This document shows positions 12,291 to 22,534 of a DNA stretch of 42,845 nt, piece by piece. This DNA is from Octopus sinensis (lineage: Eukaryota): assembly GCF_006345805.1 (NCBI RefSeq), contig NW_021835053.1, positions 1-42,845 of the forward strand, given 5' to 3'. The position numbers were made by a program, and so were the translations under genes. The notes below the pieces were generated by a model. That model worked only from the letters and a program-made list of their open reading frames with translations. It searched no databases and was not told the DNA's origin. Every line of letters begins with the position of its first letter. The first letter of the stretch is position 1.

Positions 12291-13419
12291 TGCATATATA
12301 TATACATGCACATGTAATAGCCTTTATGAAATCAAACCTAATTTTTGTACCCCTAGGAAATTCATATCTAGCTTATATATAACAGTACTATTATTAAATG
12401 CTTAGATTATAATTTAATAACCATATAGTCAGCATATTCTTTCACTTCAGTACTCTTATTAAATGCCAGTAAATGCCAATTATCAGTCTTCATAGACACC
12501 ACCTGATAAGTTAATATTTTGGGTGTATGATATGAATAAATATTATAATATTTCTATGTGATGTTCTATCCTCTCTCTCTTGTGGTAAATGTTTGGTATA
12601 TACTTAAGAGTATTCAAAAATTTTATCCTTTTGGTTAAAATATTCTTCTTAATTAACTTTTCATGATAACCCTAAAATTTAACTTTATTCATTATAGTAA
12701 TATTGTTCAAATCATTCAACTAAAACACCCCATGATAAAATTCCCCTTATTATCACTATTGGTTTACTGGAGTCTTGCCCTTTTAATTGAATAACTAGCA
12801 TCTTGATTTAAGATCTTCCTTTGCCAAATCTCATTGTATTACTTCAAATTAATCTTGATAGCTTTATGGCTATTCCCACTATGATTTCTTTCAACTCTCT
12901 TGGCCCCTTCCCTAACAGACAGTACGTATTATTCTTCTGCCTTTCATCTTCATGTACAAAGATAAACTAGACTATAAATTAAAGTTGACCTCCCAAAAAA
13001 CATCAGTGACTAAGCTAAATCCTTAAAAGTTTCTTTTCCTAATGCCTTAGTAACTTCTAAGCTGAAGTGAAAACAGCATGATCTCTGTCTATCTCCTTAC
13101 CTTCTTGGAGGTTTTAGGTAAAATTATACTAATGTGTCCATCTGTTTTAATTTAATCCTATGTATTTATGCAGCTGAGGATTGCTCTGCATTTCAATTGA
13201 TGTAATGATTGCATTGTTCAATTAAACAGAGTTGCTTGAAACGATCGTACTGCATTACCTCTGGATGTCCTGTTGCTTATTTTGATTTTAATCACGCTAT
13301 TTTGAAACTGTATGGATAATACCATACTAAATTCTGGTGCCTCAGCTTAAGTACTTAATACGTCTGAATCTAAATTTTTCTTGTATATATATATATGTTA
13401 CTCTTTTACTCTGTTACTA

Positions 13420-13530
13420 CTTTCAGTCATTTGAGTGTGGCCATGCTGGAGCATTGCCTTTTAGTTGAAGCAACCGACCCCTGGACTTATTCTTTGTAAG
13501 CCTGGTGCTTATTCTCTTGATATTTTCTTT
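13420..13530 (-). mobile_element. SINE fragment
   Basis: TTTCAGTCATTTGAGTGTGGCCATGCTGGAGCA...GACCCCTGGACTTATTCTTTGTAAGCCTGGT resembles an abundant Octopus SINE segment, recognised from memory. Confidence 0.55.
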
Positions 13531-14063
13531 CAGTTTCCATCTACCAAATTCACTCATGAGGCTTTGGTCAGTAGACACTCTTTAAAGTATAGAGTTGAAC
13601 TTCATGTAGCCACCTGTTCGCAACTTTTCTCCCCCACCCATTTTGTAAGGGGTATTACTCATTTTTCTGGGCTCTTTTCACAGCTGTACCCTGTTCGAAA
13701 TTTGGATTAGTTTTTGTATGAAAAGAAAAGGAACAGAGTGGGGCTTGATTGTAGTTTGTGGAGAAAACATTAAACATGCCTGAAAATAAAAACGTGGTCT
13801 TTCCCCCCAACTAAAAGACGTGAAGAACTATGAAAGGAGGTGAATAAGTACTGGTGGGTGGGAGGAAAGAAGAGAGAACTCCTAGAATAAAGAATTTTCC
13901 CTCTATTCATTCCTAAATGTCTTTCCCTCTTCTTCATTGTTAAGAGTAAAGAAGCAAGGAAAGATCGATCGTATTCCAGTCTAATTGTCATTTTAAATGA
14001 CTGAGGCTTTCCTTTCTCTGCCTCTCTCATTTCATTCCTTTTCTCTATGGTTAAGAGAGTGAA

Positions 14064-14375
14064 GGTATGTGGCTCAGTGCTTAGGTGTTTTCGGCCCATG
14101 ATCATAAAGTCACAAGTACGATTCCTTGCAGCGCACTGTGTTTTTGAGCAAGGTACTCTACTTCACCTTGCTGCAGCTGACCAAAATGAGTTGTCGCTGT
14201 AATTCAAAGGGGTCAGCCCTATAACATTCTGTGTGAGGCTGAATCTCCCTGAGAACTACATTATGGCATGCATGTCTGTGGAGTACTCAGCCACTTGCAC
14301 GTTAATTTTACGAGCAGACTGTTCTGTTGATCAGATAAACAGGAACCTCATCATCATAACCAATGGAGTGCCATT
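14064..14375 (+). mobile_element. tRNA-derived SINE
   Basis: Has an A-box-like TGGCTCAGTGCTTAGG and a B-box-like AAGTACGATTCC head. Its body CTGTAATTCAAAGGGG...TGTCTGTGGAGTACTCAGCCACTTGC is repeated at 14665-14800. Confidence 0.65.
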
Positions 14376-14664
14376 TTTTAAAAAAAGTGAAAGAAAAGAA
14401 AATGTTCCATATCGTAAGTCAAAAATGTTGTGTGTTTAGCATTATCAATGCTCAGATGAAATAATTGCTATTCCATCATGTATTCACTCTCAATTTGATA
14501 ACAATAGCCTGTGATCTGGGGGCTTGGCCTCCAGTTCTGTGAGGCCCACAAATGCCACTGTTATGACTGGTTTAATATCCATATTGACCCTAAAGATTAA
14601 AAAAATTTTCCTGCCCCTATATAGGATTTTTATTTGTTTTCTTCCGATCACTTGAAGGTCTGTC

Positions 14665-14800
14665 TTGCTCCAGTTCACTCAGCTGGCCAAAATGAATTCT
14701 AGCTGTAATTCAAAGGGGCAAGCCATGTCAATTTCTGTGTGAGGCTGAGATAATGATATGCATGTCTGTGGAGTACTCAGCCACTTGCGAGTTAATTTTA
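14665..14800 (+). mobile_element. Partial copy of the 14064-14375 SINE
   Basis: Shares GCTGTAATTCAAAGGGG, TCTGTGTGAGGCTGA and GCATGTCTGTGGAGTACTCAGCCACTTGC with the upstream copy. Confidence 0.75.
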
Positions 14801-15221
14801 TCCTCGTATGGTAATGAAAAGCGAAAGTGACATCCAATATTTGCTGCAGTTATTTGCTTTGATTTAACTACGTGTCTATGTATCAACTTTTCTTTGGATC
14901 TATGCCTCTACTGTTTCTCTCACTTTCTCTCTCACTTCCTCTCTGTCCCTCCTCTCCTGCTTTTAATTTAACAATGTGTATATGTATCAACATTCAAAAC
15001 ATAAGAATACCAACACCAATCACTGCCTCTCACTCTCTCTCTTTCTCTCTGAAACATTTAAAAGCACAAAACGAACACCGCCACCACTTACTGCCTATTT
15101 TGCTCACTCTCTCTTTCTCTCTCACTCTCTCTTTCTTCCTCTCTGTCCTCCTCTCTCTTGCTTTTCCACTCACTTCTTTGTACATACAAAAACAAACAAA
15201 ACTAAGCGTATTAATATTATT

Positions 15222-15760
15222 GATATGATGCCGTACCAGGCAGTTGCTCTCTTGGCATCTGATCTTAAATGATTGGGAAGTGTTATCATGTACATTGTTT
15301 TGTCTTGGTATGAAAAGATGGGCTACAGCAAATATTCTGTTCAATGCCACAGATTTGCTTGTCCTTTACCAGTTGAGCATGTCCCTTGATGGCTGACGAT
15401 AAGTGCATCTCTGATCACAAGAAGAAGTAGTGGAGGAGCATTATAACCATGTGCTGAGAAGAATTCTATGGGGTTTGGATAATTCACCTTTGAAACATGG
15501 AAACATGGGTGTTTTACTCATCATCCTTATAAAAACCTTGTTCAGTGACTTTTTGAGCGGGATGGGCTACTCGACCTGAAGAAAATTCTAACTAGGCCCC
15601 ACCTGCAAGATCATGCCCTGTTTATCTTGATATGAGATCACCATGTTGTGCACATATAGTAGTGATGCATATGCCTGGTGTACCTTTGTATATTTTACAT
15701 CAGTGTCACTTTGATGGCATGCACTGTTCTCTCAATAACAACAACAACAATAATAATAAT
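15222..15760 (+). mobile_element. About 0.55-kb non-coding interspersed element, copy 1, followed by (AAC)n(AAT)n
   Basis: Aligns end-to-end with 15761-16334 (e.g. GGAAGTGTTATCATGTACATTGTTTTG, GATATGAGATCACCAT, CACTTTGATGGCATGCACTG). Orientation is assumed from the position of the tail. Confidence 0.8.
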
Positions 15761-16334
15761 CTGCCCTGATGCAGTATCAGGCAGTGGCTCTCGTGGCTTC
15801 TGATCTGGTTGGAAGTGTTATCATGTACATTGTTTTGCCTTAGTATAAAAGATGGGCTGCAACAAATATTTTGCTCAATACCACAGATTTGCTTGTCAGT
15901 TGTTTGACCGTAACCAGTTGAGCATGTCCCTTAGTGGCTGATGATATGTGAATCTCTGATTATGAGCAGAAGTAGTGGGGGAGCATCATAACCATGTGTT
16001 GAGAGGGAGTCTTTGGGGTTTGAATTATTCACCTCTGGAAACATGGGGGTTTCGTTCAAAATCCTTAAACAACCCTTATTTGGGAACCTTTTGAGCAGGA
16101 TGGGTTACTCGACCAGAAGAAAATTCTAACTGGGCTCTACATGCAAGGTCATGCACTGTTTATCTAGATATGAGATCACCATATTGCACACATATGGTTG
16201 TGATGCATGTGCCTGGTGTACCCTTATCAGACGGATAGTCATGATGTGTATACTGGGCTTCGTATATTTTGCCCCAGTATCACTTTGATGGCATGCACTG
16301 CTCTCTCACTCAATAATAATAATAATAATAATAA
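15761..16334 (+). mobile_element. About 0.55-kb non-coding interspersed element, copy 2, followed by (AAT)n
   Basis: Starts immediately after the AAT tail of copy 1. It is diverged from copy 1 by many substitutions and indels and ends CTCTCTCACTC(AAT)n. Confidence 0.8.
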
Positions 16335-16353
16335 TTTAATGAAACCATTGCCC

Positions 16354-19173
16354 TTACTGTGAATGAATGCTATCACCGCTATCACCGCTATCAATAGCTA
16401 TCACCGAGACTTGGCTGACTCCAGCAGTAAAGGACTCAGAAATCCACCTGCAGGGCTACGTCCTTTTCAGATGTGACAGAGGAAAAAGGCAAGGTGGAGG
16501 TGTTGCTGTGTATGTTAAGTCTGAGCACAAACCGTCCTGCGGTATTCTACCCACAAATGCTCAACCTACAACCAAATTCGATGCCGTCTATTGCAAGCTG
16601 AGCCTATCTGAGTTTTGCCTGCCCGTGTTGGCTGTCTACAGGCCGCCTCTAGCCGACCCCCAGGACGATGCTCATCTACTCGAAGCGATAAGATTCGTTT
16701 CAGCTTCGCATGACTGCTTGGTACTAGGCGACTTCAACGCTCCCACGATCGATTGGCCCGCATCAATTTGTACAACATCTTCCCGGTTCGGCCAGGCCCT
16801 TCTTGACGTGGCTGAAGATTGTTTTCTATCGCAACATGTTGAATATCCGACAAGGCATCGGTCTGGGCAGCAGCCATCTATGCTAGATCTGGTATTCTCC
16901 CGCTATCCAAGATCAGTGTCAGACGTATCTGTGTGCGCCCCTCTTGCCAAGAGTGATCATGCGGTCCTGAAGTTCGTCATGCACACAACTTTTTCCACGC
17001 CCACGACTACTTCGCTGCCACGTAGAGTCTTCTCTGCAATTAATCTTGAAATTCTAACCGAGGCTTCCGCGCTTCTGGACTGGCGATCCCTGATGACGTT
17101 GTCCTCAGTTGACGAACTATGGTCATCCCTCAAAGCATATGTAATCTGTTTGACTGACCAGGCAGTTCCCGTTGGGCTTCCAAAGAGGAAGAAACACAAG
17201 CCCTGGGTGACGAAGAAGGTTAAACGAGAACATCGACTCAGAGATATTGCTTGGGCTGAATTCAAAAATCTGGATTCGACTGCAGCTTTTGAGGTGTACA
17301 AAACTCAACGAGACCGAGCCGTGAAAATTGAAAAGAAAGAACGCTTCAGTTATGAATACAAAATCGCGGCAAATGCCAGTAGCAATCCAAAAACCTTCTT
17401 TGCCCATGTCCAGCGGAATTCCCGCTTGAACAACCAGATTGCAACGTTGGTAGACTCAACAGGCGTATCGATTGAGGACCCTTATCAACAGAGTCAATTA
17501 TTTGCCGAGGCTTTTTCAACTATTTTCAAACAAGATGATGGTCGTGAACCCCCTCTATTTGATAGATCGGTACCTCCAATGCTTCGATTGATCATCATGC
17601 GGGACGAAGTCAAACGTGTTATTCAAGGCCTCGATGTCAACAAGGGTCACGGCCCTGACGGCATACACCCACGGGTTATCAAAGCGTTGGCTCCGGTCAT
17701 CTGCGAGCCCTTAACACGACTATTCAATATGTCATTGGCGACGGGTGTTATACCTGCAGACTGGAGAACAGCGATAATCTGCCCAATTTTCAAGAAAGGG
17801 AGCCGCGAAGACCCGCTTAACTACCGACCGGTTTCCCTTACATCAATAATCAGCAAGATGTTCGAAACCATCCTTAAGAAAAGTATGATGCTCCACCTCC
17901 TAAACACAGCCTCGATCACTGATTCCCAACACGGCTTCGTGCCGAAGAGATCATGCTTGACCAACTTACTAGTAATGGAAGAATTGGTGACGCGCATCCT
18001 CGATGATAGTGATGCTGTTGACATCGTTTTATTGGACTTTGCCAAAGCTTTTGACTCGGTAAACCACCGCCTACTACTTGTCAAGCTTCAAGCATATAGT
18101 TTCCATCCGGATATTGTACGATGGGTTGGTGCCTTCCTCTCAAATCGCTCCTTCCAAGTTCAAGTTAATGGTTCGCGGTCCGACGTCTCCAGTGCGAGCA
18201 GTGGCGTGCCTCAAGGTTCAGTGCTTGGGTCCTTGTTGTTCTTAGTCTTCATAAATGACTTGCCCGTCGACCTCACGCAACACACCCTTCTATTTGCCGA
18301 CGATATCAAACTGGTCGCTCCTCGCGGTAGTATAGAGGATCTTCGTCGATGCCTCCACCAAATTTGGAAGTGGTCTAACGATTGGGACCTGTGTCTGAAG
18401 GTGTCAAAGTGCTGTCATCTGCCTGTCGGCTCTACTCCTGCAACTCAACTTGATTTCGAGCCGGGTCGTCTGCTGCTGGAGAGGACCGATCAGGTAAAGG
18501 ATCTGGGTATCTTGGTGGATTCCTCCTTTTCGCCTTCGGCCCAGTGCGTCCATACTGCCAACAAAGCGCGTGGAATTCTGTTTTTGATTCGACGGTCATT
18601 CGGAATGCTCACAGCAGCCATATTCCTGCCACTCTATGTCACGCTGGTGAGACCCATATTGGAGTATGGGATTCAAGCCTCTTCTCCTTATCTCCTCAAA
18701 GACATACAGCATCTCGAAAGAGTCCAGAGGCTGGCTACCCGCATGGTTCATGGTCTCAAAAATTTGTCCTACGAAGAAAGGCTGAGGACGCTCGACCTTT
18801 ATTCTCTTGAAAAACGCCGCTGCCATGGTGATCTCATTCTCGCCCACTACATCATAAGCAGGAAGTGTAACCTCTCGAAAGAGCTGTTCTTCACTCCTGC
18901 TCCGGAGCGTCGGCTGCGGGGTCATTCCGAAAAGCTCTACCTGCGACGATTTCATCTCAATCGAAGGAGAGGAGCTTTCTCCGTCCGGGTTGCGGATCCG
19001 TGGAACAAGCTGCCAGACGAGATGGTGAAGATGCCGACGACCGCTTTGTTCAAAGCCTCCCTGGACCTCAAGTGGCCTGAACTCTTTACATGAACACCAC
19101 CCTGTACTTAACTCCATGTCCCCCTACATGGCCTTGCTATTTGCTTTTGAGCCAAATTAACTAACTAACTAAC
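16354..19173 (+). mobile_element. Young 5'-truncated CR1/Jockey-group LINE with (TAAC)n tail and candidate TSD TTGCCC
   Basis: Has an uninterrupted ORF, a short 3'UTR and a TTAACTAACTAACTAAC tail. TTGCCC occurs at 16348-16353 and 19174-19179. It is visibly richer in GC and CpG than its flanks. Confidence 0.92.
16367..19093 (+). CDS. LINE ORF2: apurinic-type endonuclease plus reverse transcriptase (908 aa, N-terminally truncated)
   Basis: APE motifs are AITETWL, GGGVAVYV, YRPP, LGDFNAP, LDLVFS and SDH. RT motifs are GPDGIHP, NYRPVSLTS, QHGF, DFAKAFDSV, GVPQGSVLG and LFADD. The CR1-type C-terminus reads LRGH..KL...FS.RV..PWNKLP. Confidence 0.93.
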   Translation: MLSPLSPLSIAITETWLTPAVKDSEIHLQGYVLFRCDRGKRQGGGVAVYVKSEHKPSCGILPTNAQPTTKFDAVYCKLSLSEFCLPVLAVYRPPLADPQDDAHLLEAIRFVSASHDCLVLGDFNAPTIDWPASICTTSSRFGQALLDVAEDCFLSQHVEYPTRHRSGQQPSMLDLVFSRYPRSVSDVSVCAPLAKSDHAVLKFVMHTTFSTPTTTSLPRRVFSAINLEILTEASALLDWRSLMTLSSVDELWSSLKAYVICLTDQAVPVGLPKRKKHKPWVTKKVKREHRLRDIAWAEFKNLDSTAAFEVYKTQRDRAVKIEKKERFSYEYKIAANASSNPKTFFAHVQRNSRLNNQIATLVDSTGVSIEDPYQQSQLFAEAFSTIFKQDDGREPPLFDRSVPPMLRLIIMRDEVKRVIQGLDVNKGHGPDGIHPRVIKALAPVICEPLTRLFNMSLATGVIPADWRTAIICPIFKKGSREDPLNYRPVSLTSIISKMFETILKKSMMLHLLNTASITDSQHGFVPKRSCLTNLLVMEELVTRILDDSDAVDIVLLDFAKAFDSVNHRLLLVKLQAYSFHPDIVRWVGAFLSNRSFQVQVNGSRSDVSSASSGVPQGSVLGSLLFLVFINDLPVDLTQHTLLFADDIKLVAPRGSIEDLRRCLHQIWKWSNDWDLCLKVSKCCHLPVGSTPATQLDFEPGRLLLERTDQVKDLGILVDSSFSPSAQCVHTANKARGILFLIRRSFGMLTAAIFLPLYVTLVRPILEYGIQASSPYLLKDIQHLERVQRLATRMVHGLKNLSYEERLRTLDLYSLEKRRCHGDLILAHYIISRKCNLSKELFFTPAPERRLRGHSEKLYLRRFHLNRRRGAFSVRVADPWNKLPDEMVKMPTTALFKASLDLKWPELFT

Positions 19174-19715
19174 TTGCCCCGAACCAATATGAGCTGTAGT
19201 GACATGATGAGGTTGCAAAAGTGCTGCATTGGAAAGTGTGAGGAAAGTTTGGTTTAGAGAGAAGCAAAACATGGTACAAACACAAACCACAGAGAATCAC
19301 AGAGGCAGAGACCTGTAAAATCTTGTGGGATTTTTCAATGCAGAATGGGCCAAGCGCTTGAGTACAACAAGACAGACCTGGTCGTTGTGGACAAGGTGAA
19401 CCACATGTGCTCTATAACTGATGTTGCATACGCCTTTGACCCACAGTTAGTTAGGTGAACAAGTAGACAATCCTCTTAAATGTGCTTGACCGTGAAAGAT
19501 GGAGATAGTACTAATTATTATTGGGGCCCTGGGGACAGTATCAGAAAATATTAAGAGGAAATGAGGACAGAGCTGTCTGCCACCTTGTCACAGCCATTAT
19601 CATCAAGAAAATATTCCATGGCTGAACAGAAGAGGTACCGAAGGCTGTGGATAGCAAGCCACCAGGAGTTCCAACAAAACCTGAATTAAAAGAATGATAA
19701 TAACTGATTCTGATA
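19174..19715 (+). mobile_element. Decayed R4/Dong-like element, 3' end (restriction-like endonuclease domain and 3'UTR)
   Basis: Manual translation gives HDEVAKVLHWKV*GKFGLERSKTWYKHKPQRITEAETCKILWDFSMQ, then after a frameshift LEYNKTDLVVVDKVNHMCSITDVA, then IIIGALGTVSENI. These are the RHD, WD, PD-(D/E)xK-type and GALG motifs of RLE elements. It ends in GAATGATAATAA. Confidence 0.8.
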
Positions 19716-19754
19716 GGTAGACTAGACAATGAGAGGAGAAAAAAAATTACTTAC

Positions 19755-19988
19755 CATACGCCTCTTTAAAACTTACAATGTAAGTATCAGAGGTTTGTTT
19801 TTGAACTGAAGAAATTTCTCCACCAGAACTTCTTTCTCTGTCTCCAAAATAGCTTTTAAGAATCTCAGAGCTGACATTTGAAGAAACGTTTTTCACTTGA
19901 ACACTGTTTATTTCCTCAATTCTTTCCACTTCCAGTTGATTTCCATCCAAGGGGGTTTCTGGACACATCCTCTGAACATTCTCAAAAT
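19755..19988 (-). CDS. Internal coding exon (234 bp, phase 1-1) of a PARP14/PARP10/NMI-IFP35-like RRM-repeat protein
   Basis: Acceptor is TTTATTGCAG|AT (AG at 19990-19989) and donor is TATG|GTAAGTAA (GT at 19754-19753). The open frame reads (D)FENVQRMCPETPLDGNQLEVERIEEINSVQVKNVSSNVSSEILKSYFGDRERSSGGEISSVQKQTSDTYIVSFKEAY. It resembles the LxLYFENxRRSGGGEV..V...A.VTF RRM-like repeat of the PARP14 family. The family assignment is by recall only. Confidence 0.72.
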
Positions 19989-20159
19989 CTGCAATAAATA
20001 CAATGAATGGAAATAAATGAAATTTTGGTAAAAGAATCAAACTGAAGTCAATTTACTGACATTTTAACACATTTTACTTTTAAATGATTTTGAGAATTCT
20101 TCAAATATGGAGATTTTAGCATTAAAATGCAGTTCCAATTATTTAACAACTCCATATAG

Positions 20160-20400
20160 GCACAGGTGTGGCTGTGTGGTAAGATGGTTGCTTCCCAGCC
20201 ATATGGTTCTGGGTTCAGTCCCACTGTGTAGCACTTTGAACAAATGTATTCTAATATAGCCTTGGGTTGACCAAAGCCTTATGAGTGGATTTGGTAGACG
20301 AAGACTGAAAGAAGCCATCTGTCTGTCTGTCCGTCTGTATGTTACTGTCTCCGTGCTTGTTGTAAATGAGTGTCCCTGTCATACAAGCAGTGTCCTTCAT
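20160..20400 (+). mobile_element. tRNA-derived SINE
   Basis: A-box TGGCTGTGTGGTAAG and B-box GGGTTCAGTCCC are followed by the body CCAAAGCCTTATGAGTGGATTTGGTAGACG and simple repeats. Confidence 0.8.
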
Positions 20401-20410
20401 TTCCAATCTT

Positions 20411-21440
20411 CCTTTTGTTACTATATTTCTGACCAAAATACACCCCTTATGTGTTTCAATTAATTTCTAACGTAATCATAAATTTAGTCTGGTTTCATTA
20501 AACAGCTATAACTATTTTATTTATCAATATATTAATCTGATTTTTGGAAGATAATTTAATGAAATATTCTCAACCAATTCTATACTATAATTTTTGTCAC
20601 AAAGTGACTCTAATTGCAGGTAGATACAGGTAAATTCAACAAAATATAAAATTATTAAAATTTTGTTCAAACATCGCCATAGAAAATGGGTTATTAGCTA
20701 ATATTCAATTGGGTATACAACAAAATTTTACGATAGAATTTGTTATTCTGGGTAACTTTCTGATACTCATAATAATATCTATGGCAAAATAGTCTTAATT
20801 TCATTTAAGGTTGTGGGAAACCACTAACTATCCTTTCCTTTAGCATAACGGTTCGTTTCCGCCGTAATGATTTCAAATAGGCTCATTCGAAAAAGTAAAT
20901 AGAAATAGTCTAAGGCTTTACTCTCCTGGGAAAGTCTGTGGCTTGGTCCAGTTTCTTCAGAAAAATCACCGAAAGAAACAGTTTTTAAATTTTCACTCCA
21001 TTCAGGTGCCAATTCATTTTCTTTATCGCTGTCGGAGATCTCGGATTCACTGTTTTCACTTTCGGAAAATGAAACATCGGATTCATTATCAAATACCTCG
21101 TGCTTTTTTTTTTCAGTCACAGAGTTAGATTTATGAAGGTTTTCAGTAGAAAATCCTTCGAATTCTGACTCGCTGCTTGATATAATGAAATTTGTATCCA
21201 TTTTTTGTCAGAATTATAAATTTTGAAAATACAATAGGAATAAATTTCGGAAAAAAATCTCCCAAAATACACGGAATTAAAATTACACTTCAATTATTGT
21301 ACAAAACTGTAGTTGAACTGTTTATGAAGTATAATACATGTTTTCACGAATGTACTAAAGAGATTTGCTCTGATATTCTCATTTAAATATGAATAGGTAA
21401 ATTTGGGCGGCTTTGGGCGGATTGGTAACGAAAGGGTTAA
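20411..21440 (-). mobile_element. Internally deleted piggyBac-family DNA transposon with transposase N-terminal remnant
   Basis: ORF 20824-21201 has an acidic N-terminus and FSEETGP...LDYFYLLF...FEIITAETNRYA, typical of PGBD transposases. The right end is GTAACGAAAGGG|TTAA (21425-21440). The left end is a degenerate TIR, CCTTTTGTTAC (20411-20421). Confidence 0.8.
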
Positions 21441-21444
21441 AACA

Positions 21445-21612
21445 TGTCTGGTCACTGGGAAACATTACCTTACTTGGAAATAGGTGAGGGATGGCAACAA
21501 GAAGGGCATCCAGCTGTAGAAAATCCAACTCATCATCAAATTTTGTCCAACCCATGCAAGCAGGGAAAAGCGGACGTTAAAACAGTGATGATGATCATTA
21601 TGATGGTGATGA
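21445..21612 (+). mobile_element. SINE 3' part with (GAT)n tail
   Basis: GGCAACAAGAAGGGCATCCAGCTGTAGAAAA...CCAACCCATGCAAGCA...GGACGTTAAAAC followed by (GAT)n-like repeats. Same family as 11695-11930. Confidence 0.75.
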
Positions 21613-22069
21613 TGATCATGGGTCCTTTAGTTAATGTTTACTGATCCTTAAATGTAAAAGGTATTTCTATTTAGGGATAAGTAAAGTGTAAAATATAAGA
21701 AACAAAATTTGATTGAGCAGATTTATGACAAAAGACAATCCAGCCACGACCATTCCAATATCTAGAATGGTAGCTTCTGTTTTGAAGAAGGCAGGGTGTA
21801 ATGGGAGGGATACTTTCCTGCTATTTCTATCAGCCTGAGCAACTGTGTAAAGGTCTTCAGATCATTAAAACTGTGTGTTTTAAGGTAGAGATGGGAATTT
21901 CAACATTTCTCGTCGGGGCTCATTCTTGTATTCTAGAATATTGTACTTTGGTTAAAGACATGACAATATCAGAGACAAGTTAGTGATGAAGGTATTTAGA
22001 CAAAAAAAAAATAAAAACTATTTCACTAAAAATACATATAACTACCCAACCATTTCTAAAGATATATCA

Positions 22070-22410
22070 TCACCGTCATCATTTAAGTTCCTTTGTCCAT
22101 GCTTTGACTGGGCTCACAAGCTGGAAGGCTGCATCAGACTCCAGTCTGATTTGGCATGGTTTTCTTTGGCTGAATGCCCTTCCTAACACCAACCTCTCCG
22201 AGAGTGTAACGGGTGCTTTTACATGTCTTGATGGATCTTCCCAAACATGACATAATACCAAAAATCTTGGTCATTGCCTCTGTGAGGCCCAACGCTTGAA
22301 AAGAACTCAGCCACTTTGCTTCTGGGAGGCCCAACATTCAAAAGATATTCTTTATGTGCCACCAGCACACATGCGCTTGACTTGATGGGTCCTCTCAAGC
22401 ACAACACATC
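22070..22410 (-). mobile_element. SINE, decayed
   Basis: GGCTGAATGCCCTTCCTAACACCAACC is the reverse of the core at 21495-21520, and it is preceded by (CAT)n-like repeats. Confidence 0.65.
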
Positions 22411-22422
22411 CCCAAATGTCCC

Positions 22423-22534
22423 TTGATTTCAAATTCTGACACAAGGCCAGCAATTTGGAGGGAAGGTTAGTTGATTGCATCGACCCCAGTATTCAACTGG
22501 TACTAATTTCTTGAACCCTGAAAGGGTGAAAGGC
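22423..22534 (-). mobile_element. Dispersed SINE fragment homologous to the 115-bp satellite monomer
   Basis: TTGATTTCAAATTCTGACACAAGGCCAGCAATTT...CATCGACCCCAGTATTCAACTGGTACT...CCCTGAAAGGGTGAAAGGC aligns with about 95 nt of the monomer (about 80% identity by eye) and then continues into SINE body sequence. Confidence 0.85.

Noticed and set aside
12650-13140. Possible very old LINE remnant on the minus strand
   Set aside because: I saw only vague RT-like words and no motif I could support.
15761-15800. Hammerhead or HDV ribozyme at the start of the 0.55-kb element (CCCTGATGCAG), in the R4 5'UTR, or in the 11331 hairpin
   Set aside because: I could not find a canonical CUGANGA...GAAA core or build an HDV pseudoknot by eye. 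An Infernal or RNArobo scan would be needed.
16957-19117. Antisense and alternate-frame ORFs inside the CR1 ORF
   Set aside because: These are expected shadows of a GC-rich long ORF and have no recognisable motifs.
9111-19715. The two R4/Dong pieces as halves of one element separated by an inversion
   Set aside because: The RT core between them is absent, and the 3' piece has its own (AAT)n 5' flank. Two independent insertions are more parsimonious.
20160-20235. tRNA gene (also at 14064-14135)
   Set aside because: A and B boxes are present, but there is no complete cloverleaf and the sequence runs into SINE body. These are SINE heads.
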